DNA from: Candidatus Poribacteria bacterium
GTDB taxonomy: Bacteria; Poribacteria; WGA-4E; WGA-3G
Length of the DNA stretch: 64,000 nucleotides
NCBI GenBank assembly: GCA_965242965.1
Contig: OZ251518.1
Location: forward strand, 2,496,001 to 2,560,000
Direction: 5' to 3'
The position numbers and the translations under genes are program-made. The notes beneath the pieces are model-generated. The model saw nothing but the letters and a program-made list of their open reading frames with translations. It was not told the DNA's origin and searched no databases. Shown in pieces: positions 58,703-64,000 of this stretch; position 1 is the stretch's first letter, and each line of letters begins with the position of its first letter.

Positions 58703-59893
58703 TTAACGACGCGGGAAAAATGTGTCAATGCCAGCCTCAATATCCTCGATCGGATGCCCGTATTGCTGCAGATAGTTGTCGTGGATACCCTGTTCTGTCT
58801 CGGTGAGTTCGGTTAGCGGAAAGGCGAGAGTTTCTCGGCTCCGTTTGCCCGATTCACTCATGGCAATATTCATCTCCTGGTCTTGCCGTGCAAGCCGCGC
58901 GCCGTATTCAGGCTCAGTGTCGTTGAGGATGGCATTGGCAATGCTGAGCAACTCATCCGCCACCGCAATCTGTCCTTCGGAGAGAGGATAGTGCTTGAGC
59001 GGGTTCTCCCACGTCACCGTCTGTTCAGGGAGTTCCAACGCAATTGTCTCAATGACGTTGACTCCGTCCACGTCAATCGTGGTGCGCTTAGGACGATGCG
59101 CGATGCCTTTCGCACCCGATTGCAGTTCTTCAGCAGGTGTCACATAGATATCCTCGCCGACGATGGTGCCTTTGCTGCCATCAATCTGCGAGATACCCGT
59201 TTGCCCGCGCCCCAAAGAACGCGCATGGATGACGTTGGAGTATACCATCAGCGCGGTCGCGCCGTTATCAAATTCGATGAAACCGAGGCTCCAATTCTCG
59301 CTGGTATGGTGCCGCTTCATCCTGTCAATAATCGGAATCACCGGGCTGGTTTGCGTGATGCCGAGTGCAGACTTCGGTTCGCCGCCAGCGCGAAGCCGCA
59401 GCATGCTCATCCCGTGATAGCCGCCTTCATAAAAAATGCGGTAAATCCGCGCGACATCGCCGATGACATCCGATGCGATAACCTTTGACAAAAACCGTTC
59501 CCGCGGCGCACGGTAGTAGTTTTCCGCCACTTCCAGTTTGACGTTATTCGCTTTGGCGCGGGCTATCATCAGATCGGTTGTCGGCAACGTGACAGCGATA
59601 GGCGTTTCACAGAGGATGTGAACGCCGGCATCCGCCATAAAGCAGGCAATCGCGTGATGCGCCACACCGGGCACGGTAATATCAACGACATCAAGTTCTT
59701 CCTGTTCAACGAGCGCGCGGACGTTGGTGTAAGGTGTCGCGCCGTATTGCTTGGCATAGCGCGTCGCTGTCTCCTCGTCTATATCACAAACCGCGACGAG
59801 GTTATAGACATCTTTGAGTTTTGCGATAACCGGCAGGTGCGCGCCACTGCCGCGCCTCCCCGCTCCGACTAAAGCGATGTTGAGTTTTGACAT
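58703..59893 (-). CDS. Gfo/Idh/MocA family oxidoreductase
   Basis: ALVGAGRRG, AVCD, CETP, AENY; GGAGG RBS. Confidence 0.85.
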   Translation of the reverse strand: MSKLNIALVGAGRRGSGAHLPVIAKLKDVYNLVAVCDIDEETATRYAKQYGATPYTNVRALVEQEELDVVDITVPGVAHHAIACFMADAGVHILCETPIAVTLPTTDLMIARAKANNVKLEVAENYYRAPRERFLSKVIASDVIGDVARIYRIFYEGGYHGMSMLRLRAGGEPKSALGITQTSPVIPIIDRMKRHHTSENWSLGFIEFDNGATALMVYSNVIHARSLGRGQTGISQIDGSKGTIVGEDIYVTPAEELQSGAKGIAHRPKRTTIDVDGVNVIETIALELPEQTVTWENPLKHYPLSEGQIAVADELLSIANAILNDTEPEYGARLARQDQEMNIAMSESGKRSRETLAFPLTELTETEQGIHDNYLQQYGHPIEDIEAGIDTFFPRR

Positions 59894-59917
59894 GAAAACC
59901 TCCTAATATGATCCAGA

Positions 59918-61300
59918 ACGTAGGGCGGGGGCCTGTCCCCCGCCATCGTTCGCGCGCCAGGCTCTGTAAGTCAAGATCGCCAGATCTTGACCTGTTTGTG
60001 ATCGGGCGATCACAAACTACAGTTTCTTAGGTCCGTAGGACCTTAATGTCTATAGCACGCGGCGACTAAAGAGCTCTAAGGTCCTTTAGGTCCTTAATGT
60101 GTTTTGCCAGGTCGGCGCGTGTTTTTATTAAGGTCTTAAAAGACCTTGAAAACGGGCTGACACATTTTTCTATAGACATTAAGGTCCTAAAGGACCTAAG
60201 AACGATGCATCCGAAAAAACGGCGTGCGTTACCGTAGGGCGTGGGCCTGTCCCTTGCCATCGCTCGCGCAATGGAAAAACGTCTTTTGTTCTCTTTAGGT
60301 CCGTAGGACCTTAATGTCTATAGCACGCGCGCCCGCGAAGAACCCTAAGGTCCTTTAGGTCCTTAATAGATTTTGACGCGCAGCGTGTTTTTTATTAAGG
60401 TCCTAATGGACCTTGATAGGGGCTGACACATTTTTCTATAGACATGTAGGTCCTAAAGGACCTAAGAACAATCCGTCCGAAAAAACGCCACCCCTCATCG
60501 TAGGGCGAGGGCCTGTCCCTCGCCATCGTTCATGCACGAGCACTCCAACGATCGCGGGGGACAGGCCCCCGCGCTACGGGCGGAGAAACGCCACCCTCAT
60601 CGTAGGGCGAGGGCCTGTCCCTCGCCGTGCCCGGGATAACCGAACGATCGCGAGGGACAGGCCCTCGCGCTACGGACACCCGGGCCGGTTTGGGAAATAA
60701 TCCGATTTCATTTCCACGATCGCGGGGGACAGGCCCCGCGCTACGATGAAAAAACGCCCCCCTCACCGTAGGGCGAGGGCCTGTCCCTCGCCATGCCTCG
60801 CGCAATGGAAAAACGTCTTTTGTTCTCTTTAGGTCCGTAGGACCTTAATGTCTATAGCACTCGGTGACCAAAAAGCCCTAAGGTCCTTTAGGTCCTTAAT
60901 GTGTTTTGCGATGCGGCGCGTGTTTTTTATTAAGGACCTAAAGGACCTTGCCGTGGGCTGACACGTGTTTCTATAGACATGCAGGACCTAAAGGACCTGA
61001 AGAGCCGTTTTTTCAAAAGCGGTTTTGCCGCTGCGAAGGAGATAATCTTGCAAATCCTATAATCTTGCAAATCCTGATTCAGACAACTAGAGGGATGGCG
61101 AGGGACAGGCCCTCGCGCTACGGGCCACGGGCCGGAAACGTAGGGCGGGGGCCTGTCCTCCGCCATCGTTCGCGCGCCAGGCTCTGTAGGTCAGGATCGC
61201 CTGATCCTGACCTGTTTGTGATCAGGCGATCACAAACTACAGAAGGGAAACACACATCGGAACGATGACGATCGCGAGGGACAGGCCCTCGCGCTACGAA
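59918..61300. repeat. Large composite REP array (~1.4 kb)
   Basis: Three ~150-bp units built from taggtccgtaggaccttaatgtctatagcac..ctaaggtcctttaggtccttaat (about 60027, 60295, 60828) plus many gggacaggccc palindromes. Confidence 0.92.
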
Positions 61301-61318
61301 ACATGGCGTGGAATGCGC

Positions 61319-64000
61319 TCAATTACCAAGCCCCATCCGATACTTAATATCGTAGTTGATAATGAAGTCTAATTCCTCCTCCGTGAAACCGTAGTGTTCA
61401 GCGAGAACGCGATCGATTTTGTCGATAATCGGTTTGGAATGACGCGGATAAAATTCATCATAGACGACGCGCCCGGTGGCTTTATACTGCGTCTCCTTGC
61501 GCCGCGCGTGACGCTTCAAATCTGCCATCAATTCATCGGTAAGCGCAGAGAGACGTTGTTTTAAAGACGCGTCCATTTGCGCAAGGCCGATTGGAAAATT
61601 CCGAATCTCACGTAGCGTCAAACTTCGGCAATCAGAAAGCACAACAAACCACCAATAAAAAAGCGAACTGTTCAAAGTCGCCACGACTGCCTTCGCATCT
61701 AGCGCGGTTGCTAAATGCAGAGATTTAACGCTTGTTGAGATGCTTTCACCCTTTCGTTCGTTCCAAAAGTAGGGAACGAAGTCCATTACCCGAATCCAAT
61801 AACGTGGCGCACTATGGAAATATATTGGGCTGGCATCTCGTCTCGTGGTGAGGTGTTGACTTAAGCTGAGAATCTCATCAATTTTTTCCCAGACGTTTTT
61901 TGCCACCTCACAGTGGATTTTGGGGAGCGAATTTTGAAACCACGTAACATCGGCATATTCCACAACTTCGAAGAGGTAGGCGCGGAATTTTTCGTTCCAT
62001 CGACGATAGAAAGAGGCGTATATTGGATTGGCGTAAGACCCCCCGCCTGTAGGCCCTCTATGACCTTCTGCTTCGGAAGGCGTATAGCCCACCTCAGAAG
62101 GCTTCAAACGCCTTTGAACGATATAAATTGCCAAACGTTGTTCTGCGCCGACAAAGAGTTTTGCCGGACGAATCGCGTATGTTTGAACCCATCCTTGTCT
62201 AGAGGAATAGAATAGATTCTGGAGAGGGACCATTCTATCGGTGCTGTAAGCCGTGTTCGGGATAATCATCGATTTCCAACCGTTCGGTTGTAGAAGCCGA
62301 AAACTTCTCTCAACCACAAACGCATAGAGATTGCCGCAACTCTCTGTTTCATACCCGCGAATCGCGTAATCCTTCCTCACCTTGCTATATTCCACATACG
62401 GCGGATTGCCGATAATCACGTCAAACCCACCCGCTTTCAGGATACCGTAAAACGCGATGAACCAGTGGAACGGCTGATGCGATGAAAGCCACTGCCGATA
62501 GTCGTTATCTTTCGTCGGATCCACCCCATAGTCTCCCGCAAGGTAGCCGTTCAGTTCATCGGCTAACGCTGCCAGTTTCTCTCGCAACGCCTGTTTGTCG
62601 TCCAGCGTTACATCGCCGCCCAGTTCTGTCTGTTGCTGACGAAACAGGGAAAAGAGCGCGTCAACGTCCTCGGCGCGTTCGCGGATGCGCGCCATCGTAT
62701 CGTCAAAATCGAACTGTCCGGTGACAGCGTTTTCTACCTCTTCGTAGGTAGCGTAGCCGACGAGGGTGTTGCCTGCCTGCACGTTGAAGTCAATGTCCGG
62801 CAGCGGTTCGATCTGGTTTACGTCATCGAGTTGTGCTACCATTTTGAGGAAGAGTCGCAGCTTGCAAATCTCGACGGCTTCGTCCATAATATCTACGCCG
62901 TAAAGGTTGTTGATAATGATGGATTTGAGGATGAAATAGCGGCGGCTCGGGTGTTGCGCGGTGCGTGCGAGGATGTCGCGGAAGTCGGTGTAGCGCGCGT
63001 GGGACGGCGAATTCGAGACCGGGAGGTCTCTCCTACTCTGTAGTTCAGGATCGCCTGATCCTGACCCGTTCGGGATGTCGGTTTTCATCGAGACCGGGAG
63101 GTCTCTCCTACTGGAAGCATCTGCCTCATCAACGAACGCTTGCATCCGTTCAAGGCACGCATCGTAGAGGGGCTCTAAGATATTTAAGGCGGCGAAGAGG
63201 AACGCGCCGGAACCACACGTCGGATCGAGGACGGTGACCTGCGTGATGGCATGCCAAAACGCGCGGAGCAGGTCTGGCCCTTCGCATGTCTCAATCACAT
63301 CTTGCGCGAATTGACGGATGTTGAGATTCTCCGTGATAAGCGCGTTGATGTCGGTTATCTCGCCAGTTTCCAATTTGGCATGCACGCGTTTGTAACGCTG
63401 CCGCCGCGCGATGACTTCACGCCAAATCTCTGTGGGCAGTGCATACGGATCCGGCGCAAGGGTATTCCATGCGGCGCGCTGGGAGACATCGTCGATGCCG
63501 ACAGCAACCTTCGGGGGTAAGGGGTGTTCGATGCCCTTTTTGACAGCATCGTAGATATACCGGGCTGGGGCAATTCGGAGCAGCCGCCAGACACTGGCAT
63601 CGCCTTCAAAAGCAACGCGGCATCCCTTGCGCGCCGCATCGAAAAGAAACGGGATAATCGTGTTCTGGCTGATATATTCGGTGATGTCCTCCTGCGTGTA
63701 ATAGGCACCCATCTGCTTCTGATTGATGTATTTCTCGAAGATATAGCCGAGGACATCGGGGTTGATTTCGGTGTCGTTGTGCAGCGGCCGTTCGTCAAGA
63801 TGCCACTGATACTGCTCAAAGAACGTGAAGAGTTGCTCGAACGCCTTATCGGGGATGTCAATGTCTTCGCCGTGCTGTTGCTCGATATGATGCAGCTGGA
63901 AGATGCCGCCGTTGAGATAGGGCACATTTCCGAGCATCCGGTTTGTCGCATCGGAACGTTCGGTTTTCGGTTTCGCGAAACCCTCAAAGAAGAGGGGACG
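61319..64000 (-). CDS. Type IIG-like (Eco57I-type, gamma-class N6-adenine) restriction-modification methyltransferase, 5' part outside window
   Basis: YLNGGIF, LGYIFE, GAYYT, DPTCGSGAF, YGVDI, IIGNPPY, NSSLFYW; frame open to the window edge. Confidence 0.9.
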   Translation of the reverse strand, partial: RPLFFEGFAKPKTERSDATNRMLGNVPYLNGGIFQLHHIEQQHGEDIDIPDKAFEQLFTFFEQYQWHLDERPLHNDTEINPDVLGYIFEKYINQKQMGAYYTQEDITEYISQNTIIPFLFDAARKGCRVAFEGDASVWRLLRIAPARYIYDAVKKGIEHPLPPKVAVGIDDVSQRAAWNTLAPDPYALPTEIWREVIARRQRYKRVHAKLETGEITDINALITENLNIRQFAQDVIETCEGPDLLRAFWHAITQVTVLDPTCGSGAFLFAALNILEPLYDACLERMQAFVDEADASSRRDLPVSMKTDIPNGSGSGDPELQSRRDLPVSNSPSHARYTDFRDILARTAQHPSRRYFILKSIIINNLYGVDIMDEAVEICKLRLFLKMVAQLDDVNQIEPLPDIDFNVQAGNTLVGYATYEEVENAVTGQFDFDDTMARIRERAEDVDALFSLFRQQQTELGGDVTLDDKQALREKLAALADELNGYLAGDYGVDPTKDNDYRQWLSSHQPFHWFIAFYGILKAGGFDVIIGNPPYVEYSKVRKDYAIRGYETESCGNLYAFVVERSFRLLQPNGWKSMIIPNTAYSTDRMVPLQNLFYSSRQGWVQTYAIRPAKLFVGAEQRLAIYIVQRRLKPSEVGYTPSEAEGHRGPTGGGSYANPIYASFYRRWNEKFRAYLFEVVEYADVTWFQNSLPKIHCEVAKNVWEKIDEILSLSQHLTTRRDASPIYFHSAPRYWIRVMDFVPYFWNERKGESISTSVKSLHLATALDAKAVVATLNSSLFYWWFVVLSDCRSLTLREIRNFPIGLAQMDASLKQRLSALTDELMADLKRHARRKETQYKATGRVVYDEFYPRHSKPIIDKIDRVLAEHYGFTEEELDFIINYDIKYRMGLGN

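Noticed and set aside
59918-61300. CRISPR array (also considered for 37640-38915 and 10970-11605)
   Set aside because: Repeats occur in both orientations with irregular spacing and recurring spacers, and no cas genes are present. This fits REP arrays.

Overview
Bacterial window, probably Candidatus Poribacteria. This is inferred from the WD40-dockerin-'NYPNPFNPETWIPY...YWDGRN' secreted protein and the dense GTAG palindromic repeats, and cannot be verified here. Left end: sugar-acid catabolism genes, a GH13 enzyme and lipoproteins. The centre (15152-35332, minus strand) is a ~20 kb, 12-gene co-directional locus. It encodes a ZorA/ZorB-like MotA/MotB ion-motor pair, a Zn-ribbon beta-propeller, a membrane-anchored vWA protein, a Tubulin_2/FtsZ-like protein, an Ig-fused Hsp70 plus a degenerate Hsp70, two GrpE paralogs, a transglutaminase-like protein and a CBM48/Ig protein. 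This locus is the best candidate for an undescribed system. The right half is housekeeping (mtaB, rsmE, rpe, PASTA, fmt, lspA, yggT, proC, yggS, pgeF, tatC, tatA). It is interrupted by two tandem MTase-Mrr genes, each split at an identical G8 tract, and it includes an intact but catalytically degenerate IleRS paralog. The window ends in a partial type IIG-like methyltransferase. Several GTAG-REP families form large arrays and have also inserted in-frame into proteins. No rRNA, tRNA or CRISPR array was seen. All family calls come from motif recognition by eye; no database searches were run.
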